Assembly: GCA_964252035.1 (NCBI GenBank)
Contig: OZ176200.1
Length of the DNA: 64,000 nt
From: Podarcis erhardii
Taxonomy: Eukaryota
Reading direction: 5' to 3' (one strand)
Part shown: one piece after another, positions 12,109 to 24,331 of the stretch
Numbering within the stretch: position 1 is the stretch's first letter
Layout: the number at the start of each line of letters is the position of its first letter
Made by a program: the position numbers and the translations under genes
Notes under the pieces: generated by a model
Told to the model about the DNA's origin: nothing
The model's input: the letters and a program-made list of their open reading frames with translations, nothing else
The model's database searches: none

Positions 12109-12639
12109 CTGAAGGATAGACCAAAAGATATACAAATGATCAAAGAGTCATAAAGCCACGTAAGTGCTCTACAGCCATGTGTGTTTGTTTAACCCTCCTT
12201 TAAAACCATCCAGGATAGTGGGCATCTCATCTGAAGTCCATATGGTAATAGTGCAGAGAGAGACAGGAGGGAAACAGTGCAGATGGGATTGACAGAGGAA
12301 GTATTCTTAAGTTATTCCTAGAAAAATGATACCTGTAGAGCAAAGGCCCCAGGAGGAGCTGATAAAGACGGGAGCAGGGAGGACCAGGGAGAACACGCAA
12401 GACATTGAAGCAAAGATGAGAAGAGAGATGAAGCCGCTGTTCATAATTTTATAAACCTGTGATCATGTCCCTCCTGAGACATCTTTTTCAAAATTAAAGG
12501 CCAAACTAGAAGTGACATCATTCACACAACAGCAATTGTGTGGTTTTTATTTATTTATTATTAGGTAAACAGCAGGAGCAAGGAGCCAATTTGGACCGGG
12601 GCCCTGGCAAGGGGATCAGACCCCTGCATCTGCTGTGGG

Positions 12640-12765
12640 TAGGGTTGCCATATGTCTGGAAAACTTTTTTGTCATATGCCAAAAAAAAAAAAAGCTCAAC
12701 TTTGGGCAAAACTAAAAAAAAGCTCAAGAACTCTTCTGTCTGGATTTTGAAATATGGCAACCCTA
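12640..12765. mobile_element. hAT-type MITE (126 bp)
   Basis: 14-bp TIRs tagggttgccatat; 8-bp TSD gctgtggg/gctgtgtg (7/8). Confidence 0.8.
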
Positions 12766-13148
12766 GCTGTGTGTATTGGAAGAAAAGCTCCCATTTGTGC
12801 CAGTCGAAGCTTTCCTTCCAATGCTAACCAGCAGGCATGGGGGCCAGCTCAGCACTATCCATTTTGTAATGGAAAGACCAGAACCATCTAAAGTATTGTA
12901 AATATGAGTTTACCACAACTCTATATAAAGGCATTGCTTGAATCCTAAGAGAAAGGAAGGCAGCTCACAAGAAAGTCACCCAGTACTTCCTCACTATTGC
13001 AGCTACCTACACACATACCCCATTCCCCAAAAGCCTCTCCAGAAAGTTGAGGGCTCTCCTGAACAATGTGGGATGGGGTATATAAATCAGCAGTCAAACA
13101 AGAAGATGGAGTGAGTGGAGGAAAGATTGCATGGATACAATAACTTAC

Positions 13149-13213
13149 TGCGCGTCATGATGATTTGTCTTATAAGCATCAAAGACCTCTTGGACTATAT
13201 CTTCTACTTTTGT
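13149..13213 (-). CDS. FNTB: Farnesyltransferase beta, exon 2 (65 bp)
   Basis: ttgcAG / GTaagt. Translates TKVEDIVQEVFDAYKTNHHDA(Q); phase 0 start and phase 2 end fit exons 1 and 3. Confidence 0.95.
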
Positions 13214-13774
13214 CTGCAACAAGTTAAAGGGACAAAGAACAGGTACAATAACTATGGGTGGGGAGGATGCAGAGAACACTATATACTAGCATTTACTATT
13301 ACTATTATTATTAAAATAATTTCTACACCACTTTTTTCAAAGGTCTCAAAGCAATTTACTATGTAAATTAACATGCAAGACAAAACATTACAAAATATCA
13401 AAGTAAAACATTAGAGATGGACCCATTTAATGCAGCATATGTAACAGGAAAGCAAAATATTTTCTTATACATAAAAACATGACAGCTAAAAATCAGAATG
13501 CAAGAACCCCTCTGCACTCAGAAGACAGCACTATTACAAAAGAACCATTATAGCACAAATGGAGCAATATGGCGTGGCATGCCAAGAAGAAAAGTGTCTA
13601 CGGCAGCTGTGAGTAATTGTTAAAAGGGTGTCAGAGTTCAAGAGGGCTGCTGCTGCTCCAGTTTTATAAAAACAACACAGAAGCTCGTAAAAGAAGTGGA
13701 TGGTAAAAAATAACAAGCTATAGCTCCTTTAGTATATCACATCTACACAACTGCTGCCCGTGAGGAAAGGCCAC

Positions 13775-13920
13775 AGATGAAAGGCAGAATGTCCCATGTT
13801 CAATCCCGGGCATCTCCAGGTATGACAAGGAAAAAGACTCTAGTCCAAAATTAAGATAGGCAGCACAGAGGTAGATGGGTCAATGGTTTGACCTGGTCTA
13901 GGGCAACTTCATATGTGCCT
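13775..13920 (+). mobile_element. Degenerate tRNA-derived SINE (family of 58411-58585)
   Basis: atgttcaatcccgggcatctccaggta...gatgggtcaatggtttgac matches the better-preserved copy in the GPX2 intron. Ends are approximate. Confidence 0.5.
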
Positions 13921-14959
13921 GTGGTTCAGTGTTGCAGCACACAATCAAAAAGGCTCTTCTGCTCCCAGGACATCCCAACCCATGTAGCACTGTACAGTAT
14001 GCACAACCCAGGCTGATCTTTGTGGGGTGGGGGGAGTTGACCACAGGTACTTTCCAAGAATCACTGTGGGGTTTAGCATCCTTAAGAGCACATAGCTAGA
14101 ATCAAGACACATAATGAAGCCCTCCACCCATCTCCTCAGTGAAAAGTACCATCAAACAGAATGCATGGGAGCAAAATCAATAGTTGGTATGATAGGAAAC
14201 ATTAGATTAGATCACATATATATTTAGGCAGCAGAGGACACAACACTTGCAAAATCTTGTTGCGAGGCACTCCATTTGGATAGAATGGAGTCATTTTTAG
14301 TGCATTGTTCCATCTATAAATATATATGTATGGAGAAAGAGAGAGTAACTGGCAACAGTGAGTGGAGGGCGTTTCGCCGTGGAATGAGAAACTTGCAGGC
14401 TAATAACTTACTGCTGCCATGCTAATATATATTAAGCTAAGCTCTGGCTTAGTTTTCCCGCTGCTTTTACCATAACTGTCTGCCAACACAGTGACATTAT
14501 GAATTGATATATTATTTGTGAGATACCACCATTTCAGTAAGGAGCATCTTAAAGGTGATGGGACTTTCTGCTGACAAGGCAAGGACTTGTTCCACCTGCC
14601 TTGCCCCACCCTCCAACCCTCGGAGCCTAGAAGCCTTCAGAACGCAGTTACTGCGTCTTTTGATGAACTGAGTGGAAATCTGAGTCATGGGGATGGAGAA
14701 AGAGTATGTGTGAATTCAACAGTGCTTAGTTTTGTTTTTGTTTGTTAGTTTGTTAATGTTCACATTGTGTTGTGGATTATGAGTGCTGCAAATGCTTTGT
14801 GAATCTTATAATATAACTTTTCTTGTGGTTGTGCTGTTTAGCCTGTTTTTTAAGTCGCTTAGTTAATAGTGTTTCATACAAGGTGGTTGTTTTACTGATG
14901 ATTTGTTAAATTATTTTGTATGATTTATGTTGTAATTGGGATGTTTTACTATGCTAATA

Positions 14960-15201
14960 CAGTGGTACCTCAGTTTTTTAATGTAATCTGTTCCAGAAGA
15001 CTGTTCGAATTCTGAAACGTTCAAAAACCGAGGACGCAACAGCCGACAGCTAGGCCCCAGGATCTTGCACTCAGCAGAAGCCGCATGGCATGTTCAACTT
15101 CTGAGGTGTGTTCAAAAACCGAAGCATTTACTTCCAGGTTTATGGCGTTTGTAAACCGAAATGTTCGTCAACGGAGATGTTCAAAAACCGAGGTACCACT
15201 G
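14960..15201. mobile_element. Tc1/mariner-type MITE, related subfamily (242 bp)
   Basis: TA-cagtggtacctc...gaggtaccactg-TA. The internal sequence resembles the outer element at 2257-3114. Confidence 0.8.
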
Positions 15202-18200
15202 TATTTGTAAGCCGCTTTGTGATTTGTATGAGTGAAAAGAGGCATAGAAATATAATAAATGAATTGCTTAATGAAAGACAGAAAATGGGGAAGAAGTGCA
15301 AGAAGGAGAGAAGCATGGCAGCAGGTATTTAAACACAACGAAAGGGTTCCATATTTCACTTCTCTTAAGCTGCTGCTCCAGCTCCCAACAAAAGAAAGGG
15401 AACTGCTATGAAGCATGCATGGGGGAGTGGAAGTAATTAGAAACCAGGCTCACTGATAGAGGCGGAGGGGAAATAGCGAGGGGAGACAGAGAGGAAGGAG
15501 CTCAGCACATCATAAGGTTGGGTGTAATAGGTGAGGAAAGGTTCTAGAAACTAGGAGTTGCAGAATCAGTGCAAGGTGTGTGCATGAATGCTCTTAGTTT
15601 TAATAATTTGCCTATAGCATCAAAGCAGCCAGGCTAAGCTGAAGCCAGCACTAAATACGCAGCAACAGAACAGGGAAATCTGTGAGGTCTCTGACTAGCT
15701 CATGCTATATTCCTACTCTATGGCTACATGAACAAAGAAATCCACATTGGCATTCACATCCTTATTCCACAGCTCACCTTAATTGGGGCCACAAAGCCTC
15801 AATTGACACTTTCCTGCTCTTTTGCCCTGGTATCTAATGTTTTCTCACTGTCTCGGATTTGAAAAGTGCTGCCTTCTCCATTAAAGGTCAGATTCTAGGG
15901 AGAGATAATGAGCAGCAATCACCCCTCAGGGATGTCTCAGGCCTCCAGCAAGGAAGCAAGTCCAACTAGTAATCATGTTTACTGGATGACTGTAATTTCA
16001 GCTGCTTTGGTCTGAACAGTGGAAAGTGGCAAGTGCAACTAAAATCAGAAGTAGGCCACAAAATCCAAGACTACATCCACACAATACGTGTAAAGCAAAT
16101 GACATCTCCACAAAGAATCCTGAGAACTCTGATTTACCTCTCATGGAGCTACAATTCACAGCACTTTTAACTACAGTTCACAGGATTGTTTGGGGGAACT
16201 CATGTGCCTTAAATGTATCGTCTGAATGCACCCTAGTATAGCACATCAAATGCATTCGGTTTCTAATACATAGAACTATTTTGCCAGCCACATATGCTTT
16301 GACTTTAGCAAATTTCTTTCCAGAACCTTAGGAAAGGCAGTTGGCTTCCCCTCAATTTCAGAGCTTCTCTCAAGGATTGAGTACTATTTGGAAGGGAAGG
16401 GGTCAAATGAACTAAGCAACTGAGTAACTTTACATAAGTTCCTTTCGCTCAGCTTTGCAGCTATAGAAACCATGACCATCAAGAAAAAGATGGTCAAACA
16501 CTATCGGTTAAGCAAGATTTATAAATAATCATAATTTGTTCATTGTCCCGCCAGTTGAACTTCAAAGAATGAAGTATTTCCATGACTAAAAGGACTTAAT
16601 TAAAACCAGTAGAAGGATAATTTAAGTCCTATAAACTCTAGGATAGTCATTTCCATGATTTAACTGGAAATGATTTACTGCATAATTATTTTATGCAACC
16701 AAGCAAACCAAAGGAAAATCATAACTATTAGTGCTCTACTCAGCTGTGTCTATCCAACACTACTTATCCATTTATGCTCTGATTTTACACAAGTAAGTTT
16801 GTTAAATCTCTGTCTTCTATAGCCTGTCTTCCTGAGCCAAAGAGCTCAATTCTTATGAAGGGGCATACCTGGCCACGCCCATCCAACTTTTGCACAATTA
16901 AAAAACCAGTGGTATTATGTCAGAAATATGAATGACAGGCTTTAGCCTAATGAAGTTAACAGAACAAGTGGTTTGAGACTTGCAGCTTTGAAATACTTTT
17001 AACTGTCCTGTCTACCAGTGGTCTTGGGGAATATTGTGAGCTGAATACTACATAAAATAGATACAACAAGGTGGTGTACAACATAAGAACATAAAAATAT
17101 ACTGGATTACTACAATTTTGCCATCTATATTTCTGAGGGAAAGTATATGCAGGTCTTAACACACAATCACCATAGGAAGCAGGTCTAGCAATACCTATCA
17201 CATTTTCCACTTAGAAATATGGGTCACCTTACACAAAGTCAGATGACTGTCCAACCAGCATTGAAGAACAGTCAGCCCAAGTGCAGGTAGAGGTCTTTCC
17301 TCTCACTGATTAATTCCAGAAACTGAGAAGAACTTGTTTATGTCATGGATATGCCCTACTAACTAAAGCTCAACCCCCTTTATCCCCTTCTGGTCAATAA
17401 TTAAGATGTCTTCCACAGAGAACAAAAAGGATATAATCACTGAAATACAGAGACCTTTCAGCAGGTAACTTGAATGCTTAAAATATATCAGTAAATTGCT
17501 CCACACATTTTACTAACACAACCAAATTGTGATGTGATTGAAAGGATGCCTTTGATTGATTCCACAGGGGTAGCCATGTTTCTTTGTTGGTGAATCAGCT
17601 ATGTTTGTTTCTTGCCCTTTCTTAAACACAGCAGCATACATACAACAAAACTGCTGAGTGTTTCACTACATATTGAGAAAGATGTAGTCTTACATTTAGT
17701 TCAGTGTTTAAAAAAACACACACCATATTATATGATGGAGGACCTGGGGCTAGCATGCTTTGAACAGTTATCCTATGGAGCCTTGTAACTTGCTGATCAC
17801 CAGAGTCCTTCTCTCTGAGTCCTGATAGTTTCTTGCAGCCCTTCTGTCCCCAATCTTTGAATTCCAAGCCTATGTCCTTGCTCCTCTGTGAGTTCAAGCC
17901 TTTTATCTGTTCACCTCTTGTTGTTTGTGAGCACTCAAAACGTGTACATCAGGTTGATGCCTTCCCATTATCTGCTGTTTTAGAAGCATCATCCTCCACA
18001 TTGACTTTTCAAAGGTCACGTAGTTCCAAGGCTACCTTCCCCCTGAACATTGCAAACAATGCTCCGTAATCAAATGTGGCAGCCAGGCGGGTCAGGAACT
18101 GCTTACCATGCAAATTTCAAACAGGTTTTATAAAGGCATAAAGTTACAAAGTGTCACAGTAATTAAGCACTGGCAGGAATAAATGCTTAATCATTAAGGT

Positions 18201-18638
18201 TTATAATATTGATGTAATATAAAATACCCACTTCTCTTTCCCTCAAAATACTTATGCCTGCCTTTTATCTCCAAAAAGGTTAAAGCTTTGCCTGTTTCCA
18301 AATGTATCAGTCCTCACAACTTTTTTGTTTAAGGTTATGGAAGCAATGTCCTCCTACACAGTTTGGTGTTCCAGTACTGTACTTAAATTAAGAAATTCAG
18401 TGTTCTTCACTACCACTGAATTTCTAAATTTAAGTACTGGAACACCAAACTGTGTAGGAGGACAAAGACATGTACATCATTGTCACTGTGCACCTCTCAA
18501 TTCAGTCTCTGACCTTACGTAGGAAAGAACCACAAAGGGATTTGTGATTACTTGATCTGTCTGCACGATTGGGGAACCTGATAAAAGTGTCCATGACAGA
18601 ACTGGGTAAGAAGGGTGGTGAGAGATAGCAGCTAGTGG

Positions 18639-18818
18639 CAGTGGCGTAGTGTGGGTTGTCAGCACCCGGGGCAAGGCAAGTAATTTGCGCCCCCTAACCC
18701 GTGGATTTGCGCCCCCTAACCCGTGGATTTGCGCCCCCTAACCCGTGGATTTGCCCTAACCCCAGATGTTGCGCCCGGTGCGGCCGGCCCCCCCTGCACC
18801 CCCCACGCTACGCCACTG
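18639..18818. mobile_element. hAT-type MITE (180 bp) with an internal 22-bp tandem repeat
   Basis: TIRs cagtggcgtag(t/c)gtggg; perfect 8-bp TSD gctagtgg at 18631-38 and 18819-26. Confidence 0.9.
18683..18762. repeat. Minisatellite (atttgcgccccctaacccgtgg) x3 plus a partial unit
   Basis: Three identical 22-bp units at 18683, 18705 and 18727, then a truncated unit. Confidence 0.95.
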
Positions 18819-19519
18819 GCTAGTGGAAAGGGAACTGGTGTGAGATGCAACCCCTTATCCTTTGAACCCAGCACTCTCTATAACCATTGTTACCTTGCTT
18901 GTGTTTTTTAAAAAATAGGTACAGTAATATATTTTTCTAAGACCACTTCTGTTAGCATACAAATAGGCAGACTTAAAAGTTGCAGGGATACAGTAAACTC
19001 TGGATATGAATAGGATGTGTGCCTATAACTACAAATAGGTGTGAGCTGGAAGTGGGGAAGTTTGGCTGAAGGAGATGGGGAAACACCACTATTAAAACCA
19101 CTTTGAATCTCCATCTGTCCCAATATATAGATTCCCCAAAGGTAGGGCGAGTCTTGAAGTGGTGTCCAAATTCACAAACTGCGAGGAACACCAGCAGCAC
19201 ACCCACGTTTTTCTCCTGTTTCCCCACAAACAGTTACTCTCTAACAAGGTTTCAAACAACAAAAGAGGAGGTGCAAAACGGTTCTCCAACGTGTGCAGAC
19301 AAGGAACTCCATCGTGTGTGATGGGAAGCGGACAAATGGCAAAAAACAGAAGCGACTTAAGCATATTAATGAATCAGCTTCCATGGGCAATGGACTACCT
19401 GAAATGGACTTGAGGCGGCACATGGCGAAGTAGAGGCTAAACCAAATCTAACAAGATAATATACCTCAAAAAAGCCCCACCCCACAACCCTGGAGATTCT
19501 CACTGTGCTGAGCACAATG

Positions 19520-20100
19520 GATCTACAGGGCGGCCACCGGGGCATCGTTCTCTCTCCGCCCGTGCAGAGAAACAGACCGGACCCCTGAAGCCACACGCCC
19601 GCGAAGTGCACCCTGGGAGTTGTAGTCCCTCTCCCTGGAAAGAGGGGGCGGCTCCCAGCCCCACCTGCTCTGCTGAAGTGAGGGTCCGAACTCCGTCGTC
19701 CTCCAGCCTCTCCCGGCCCGCTTCCGTGCCGCCCCGCCGGTAGCGTCTCCTGTCGGCGACGGGCTGGGTAGAAGCGGCGGCCGCCATGATCCCACAGAGC
19801 CGCTCAGCCCGCGCGACTGAGGCTGGCAGCCCGAGAGGCAGTGTGCTCAAGCCCGGCTACGGCGGCTCGCTGAAGGCAAGAAAGGTCCGAGCGCGCTGCT
19901 CAAGTACTATATACTGTAGCAGCTTCGCCCAAACGCGCCGGGAAGCGCCGGCGGCAGCGTCGGCAACTCGCTGCCGCCCCCACGTGGCGGCTATTTTAAC
20001 CCGCCAGTTTCAGCTCTCATAATGTGCCAGAGATGCGGCAAGCGACTGCTAGACGCTGTGATCCCAAGTGGGAATCCTCTCTCTCTGACGCAATGCGCCC
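19520..20100 (-). promoter_or_regulatory. CpG island / FNTB promoter region
   Basis: Marked CpG and GC enrichment around exon 1. E-box CACGTG at 19981-86 next to a GC box; ACTACAACTCCCA motif on the minus strand at 19614-26. Boundaries are approximate. Confidence 0.75.
19665..19787 (-). CDS. FNTB: Farnesyltransferase beta, exon 1 (123 bp coding)
   Basis: atcATGG start, donor CAG/GTgggg. Translates MAAAASTQPVADRRRYRRGGTEAGRERLEDDGVRTLTSAEQ; the C-terminal half resembles the recalled mammalian RERLQDDSVETVTSIEQ. Confidence 0.9.
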
Positions 20101-20728
20101 TGCTGAAGGGCTGGGGGAAGCACAAGAGGGATCCCTCAAACCAGTTTAACTACAGGGACTAGAGCTGTCCATGCGGCATGAAAAGGGAGTTCCCCTCACT
20201 CTTCACAGACCAGTTTATTTAAAGGGGAAGTGGGTTCCCAAGTTACTTGCCCTGCTTTTTAGCCTTGCGTTAGCGAGTGAGTGCGTGAGCTGAGCAGACA
20301 ACAGCTCCTGGAAATCTCTAGGCAGTCTGCTTGTTGTAAGGCAATTCTCCCTTTCCAGCGTCGACAGGTGGTGTGTGGGAAGAGTTGCTCTCCGGTGGCT
20401 CCAGATGGAAAACTGAACTCCTACTTACCATGACTGTGCTTTGTTCCCAGTCTCCTTGCCGGTTTAAGAGTGCTGCATCGCTCGCGACTTCAGTAGGCCT
20501 AGGGAACTTGTGGTCTCCTAGTTTTTTGCACTCCTGTTATCCCTGACCGTTGGCCACGCTGGCTGGGGCTGCTGGGAATAGGAGCCTAACAATACCTGGT
20601 CACAGGTTACCCCATCCTTGCTGTAGTGGCTTCAAAAGTATACTTTATTATGTTTCCCTTCTCTCCCCGCCCCCCACAAACACATGCACAGGTTCTCTTC
20701 AGATTTGAGCAACGCAGAGATCAGCAGG

Positions 20729-20738
20729 AATAATAATG

Positions 20739-20777
<39 letters not shown>

Positions 20778-20833
20778 GTTTATTTATACCCCACCCATCT
20801 GGCAAGGTTTCCCCAGCCACTCTGGGCAGCTCA
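20729..20833 (-). mobile_element. L2-type LINE (or L2-tailed SINE) 3' end with a (TAT)n tail seen as (AAT)~16
   Basis: Reverse complement gctgcccagagtggctggggaaaccttgccagatgggtggggtataaataaac(tat)n is homologous to 27095-27272. Family assignment is from recall. Confidence 0.65.
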
Positions 20834-21079
20834 GTATTAGTTGTGGATCCAGCTAGAGTGCTAAATAATCCCTTTTCAAGGGTGAAACTAGGCTCATTTT
20901 CACCCAGGTCAAAGACCCAGTTTGGCATACACACACCTGATGTGCATTTGCGTACACACATCACAAGCTGGGAGCCTCAATGGCGCCCCTCTGGAGGTTT
21001 CACCTGGGACAAAAAAACCTGGCTAGCCCCCCTATAGCTATGGCTCTGCCCTTTTTATGCCTATCTTGCATTTCCAGTA

Positions 21080-21305
21080 CAGTGGTACCTCGGGTTAAGA
21101 ACTTAATTCATTCCGGAAGTCCATTCTTATCCTGAAACTGTTCTTAACCTGAAGCACCACTTTAGCTAATGGGGCCTCCTGCTGCCACCGCACCACTGCT
21201 GTGTGATTTCTGTTCTCATCCTGAAGCAAAGTTCTTAACCCGAGGTACTATTTCTGGGTTAGCAGAGTCTGTAACCTGAAGCATATGTAACCTGAGGTAC
21301 CACTG
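21080..21305. mobile_element. MITE family A, copy 3 (226 bp)
   Basis: TA-cagtggtacctcgggttaag...gaggtaccactg-TA. Confidence 0.88.
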
Positions 21306-21960
21306 TATTTAAAACTAGCTATGATCATTCAAATGTAAGGAGGAGGAGAGATTTTGCTCAACAAAGGGGAATTATTGTGCGCTTTGAGAGAAATTGATTG
21401 ATAACAACTGAAGTGGACAGAGGAGTAGGGTTCCAACCTGGGTTCATTGGAGTGGAGCCTAGGACCCTGAGTGGTTCTCTTTCTTCAGGTTAGTTCTTGG
21501 TTTCTTTTTTTGTGTGCCCCCCCCCCAAATAGGCATTGTGTGTGGGCTGACATTCATCTCTCTCGTTTAAGAAAATCTGCCTCCAATTTTTCCTCTCCTG
21601 AAACTGAAGGGACTGAAATCTTTGTATTTCTCAACATGAGCAGGCCAGCTTGTGTGACAGCATTAGTTTTAAAATAGCTGCATTTTCCTTTTTCTATGAA
21701 CAGGCAAGCTTTACAACTGCAGTGCCCCATCTGCCCTAATGAACCAGTCTTCATGGGATGCACATAAAGGTCTTCATGTGAGACACCAAATCAAGCTCTC
21801 AGTTCAGAAAACCTGGGAGGAGAACCTATGCAGAAACAAAGAGGTGGAGAAATTTAAAAATTGCTTCAAAATAAGTTTAACCCATCTTCTCCAAGATTCA
21901 GAAGGAAACTGCAACTTAGGGTAACACTTACATGTATCTCATGAAGTGTTCTCTAGTGAC

Positions 21961-22094
21961 CAGTGCTTTTTTCTAAAAAAATGTTTAGGGGTACTCCCCT
22001 TTTCCTACTCATATTGAAATACTGCCCCTCAATGAGGCCAAACTTAGATTCACAAATGTTTAGGGGTATGCGTACCCCCAGAAAAAAAGCACTG
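21961..22094. mobile_element. hAT-type MITE (134 bp)
   Basis: TIRs cagtgctttttt(t)ct; perfect 8-bp TSD ctagtgac on both sides. Confidence 0.88.
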
Positions 22095-24023
22095 CTAGTG
22101 ACTATTCCACAAAAGCTTTCTGAAGAACTGTAGTCCAGTTCTTCAGAGCAAATAGCTGCAGTCATGTGAGAAACTGATGTTCAAGGATTTCAAGGCAGAA
22201 TAGTAGAAATGGAAAAGCAGGTGGTGCATTTAAATCAACATATTTTCTTCGTCTTTTAATGTTTGAATTAGTGTGTTTTTAAAATATACAACACAAATTA
22301 CTACAACAAAATCCCTAATCCACCCCTCCCCACGTATGACTGATTAATGGTATTAGAGTGAGAATTATCTTTTCGATGTAACATATAAGCACAGTCCAGG
22401 AAAATCTTATGGTGCTCCAGTTTGTTCATACAGATGGTGAGGAGTACGCTTAAGATACATTAAATCATGAAGATCATATTTAAATCAACATTTTTGTTTA
22501 TCTTCTACCCAACTATAAATTGTTTGCCGTTAAATTCCTGCAATAAAACGTTGTGTTGAGGATGAAATAGCCGTATTATTTATTAGACACGTGTTGTTTA
22601 AGTGTTGCTGTCTGCATAAAAAGTAGGTAGACATTTTAGTCCCCTGTACTTGCTCAAGCCATATTTACAACGAAAATACAAATCAATATTTTAATTTCCT
22701 TTAGATGTGCAGACCTCTACCATGCTGCAATAAACCCAATAGTACAGGAAATTATTCACAGAGACAACAGCTCCCAAAAGAAGCACGGGCATAATCTAGA
22801 GTTGTAATGAGCTAACTGTCACAGAATGGGACACAGGAAGTACAATTCAATCAATGGGAAGTGTGTAGTAGTGGTCACAACTGGACCAAATATCCTCTTG
22901 AAAGGCTCAGAGGATAAATCCTTAGACCTGCAATCCAAAAGAATCTTATGTGTTGTGGATCCAAATTGCTGAGCAAGTTAAAGGTGTCTATATTTAGGCT
23001 GCTGTCATGAAATTCAAGAAAAACAAAAGAGGTTTTGTTCTGTTTATGAAGCTTTTGCTCCACAGTTCAAAGCAGGGGTGGGAAACATTTTCTGGCTGGA
23101 GGGCCAGATTCTTATCTTCCCACTCCTGAAGGGCCAAATTTGACAGGTGGGTGGGGCCACCTACCTGTCAGTGGCCTCTGCACTTTGGAGCAGCAGGGCA
23201 GGAGGAAATTCTAAAAATGATTGGAAAGTGTAGAATAAGGTAAAATAATTTATTTTGAAATTTGTAAGAGATGGTGTTCTATTTTTAGACTGATAACACA
23301 AACTTTGAGAATATAAATATCCTTAAGCAAGAGCAGAAGGATGGAACAGACCAAGTGCAATAATCTTGCCAAACTCATTGCTTTAACATGGGGAACAAGA
23401 AGCTTATAAATGCCATGAATGCTGTTCAGTTGAAAGGTATTCACTGTTTAATGTAAAAATGAATGGCGTAACTAACATTCTTGGTATTGAGAGGCTGGGA
23501 GTTAAAATAATATCACCTTCTTTTGACTGACACTGATAGCCTTCGCTGCCCTATGGTAAGTGAATATGAAGTAATTATAGAAATTCCTCTGGATGAGATT
23601 ATTCAGCAGTTACAGATTTTCTCATCCTGACACAAAGAATATATCTTCCACATTTATCAGCAATAGTGAAATTCCACGTTTTAAAAAGCTTATGAAATGT
23701 ACAGTAGCTTAAAGTAGTGGTAAAAAAGAGCCTAAGTAGCTGTGCAGATTTATTTGTTTATACACAATTGCCCCATTTTAAAATAAAATTAAGAAATCCC
23801 CTCTGCCAGCACCAATGTCTATTGGACAGACATGTTTGTTGTTCACAGCATAGCATAAAATTTGACCAACTCGTTTAGCAATTCAGTGTTAAAATAAGAC
23901 GCTTCCTTTCATGCTATCTTTAATGTTGATGTTTTGTGTCATATTGCATGAGAAGTGCACATTACATGAGAGGGATGTCGAATGCAGGTGCAGACAGTGA
24001 GCAGGCAGCCAGGTTTGTTATTA

Positions 24024-24331
24024 AAGGTAAAGGTAAAGGGACCCCTGACCATTAGGTCCAGTCGTGACCAACTCTGGGGTTGCAGCGCTCATCTCGCTTT
24101 ATTGGCTGAGGGAGCCGGCGTACAGCTTCCGGGTCATGTGGCCAGCATGACTAACACACTTCTGGCAAACCAGAGCAGTGCACGGAAACGCCGTTTACCT
24201 TCCCGTTGGAGCGGTATCTATTTATCTACTTACACTTTGACGTGCCCCGTCATGGGGATTCGAACCACCGACCTTCTGATCGGCAAGTCCTAGGCTCTGT
24301 GGTTTAACCCACAGCGCCACCCGCGTCTCTT
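24024..24331 (-). mobile_element. Sauria SINE (tRNA head, (ACCTTT)n tail) with an internal deletion
   Basis: Minus strand has the A-box ggtggcgctgtgg, the B-box ggttcgaatcc and the tail ccctttacctttaccttt. 13-bp TSD aggtttgttatta at 24011-23 and 24332-44. Confidence 0.9.

Noticed and set aside
18683-18762. Possible CRISPR-like array
   Set aside because: The units are head-to-tail with no spacers, inside a eukaryotic MITE.
19788-19850. N-terminal extension of FNTB suggested by the ORF track
   Set aside because: It starts at TTG, not ATG; the ATG at 19787 has an adequate context.
22228-22491. 14-bp direct repeat atttaaatcaacat, 250 bp apart
   Set aside because: AT-rich context with no tail or TIR between the copies; insufficient evidence for a TSD.
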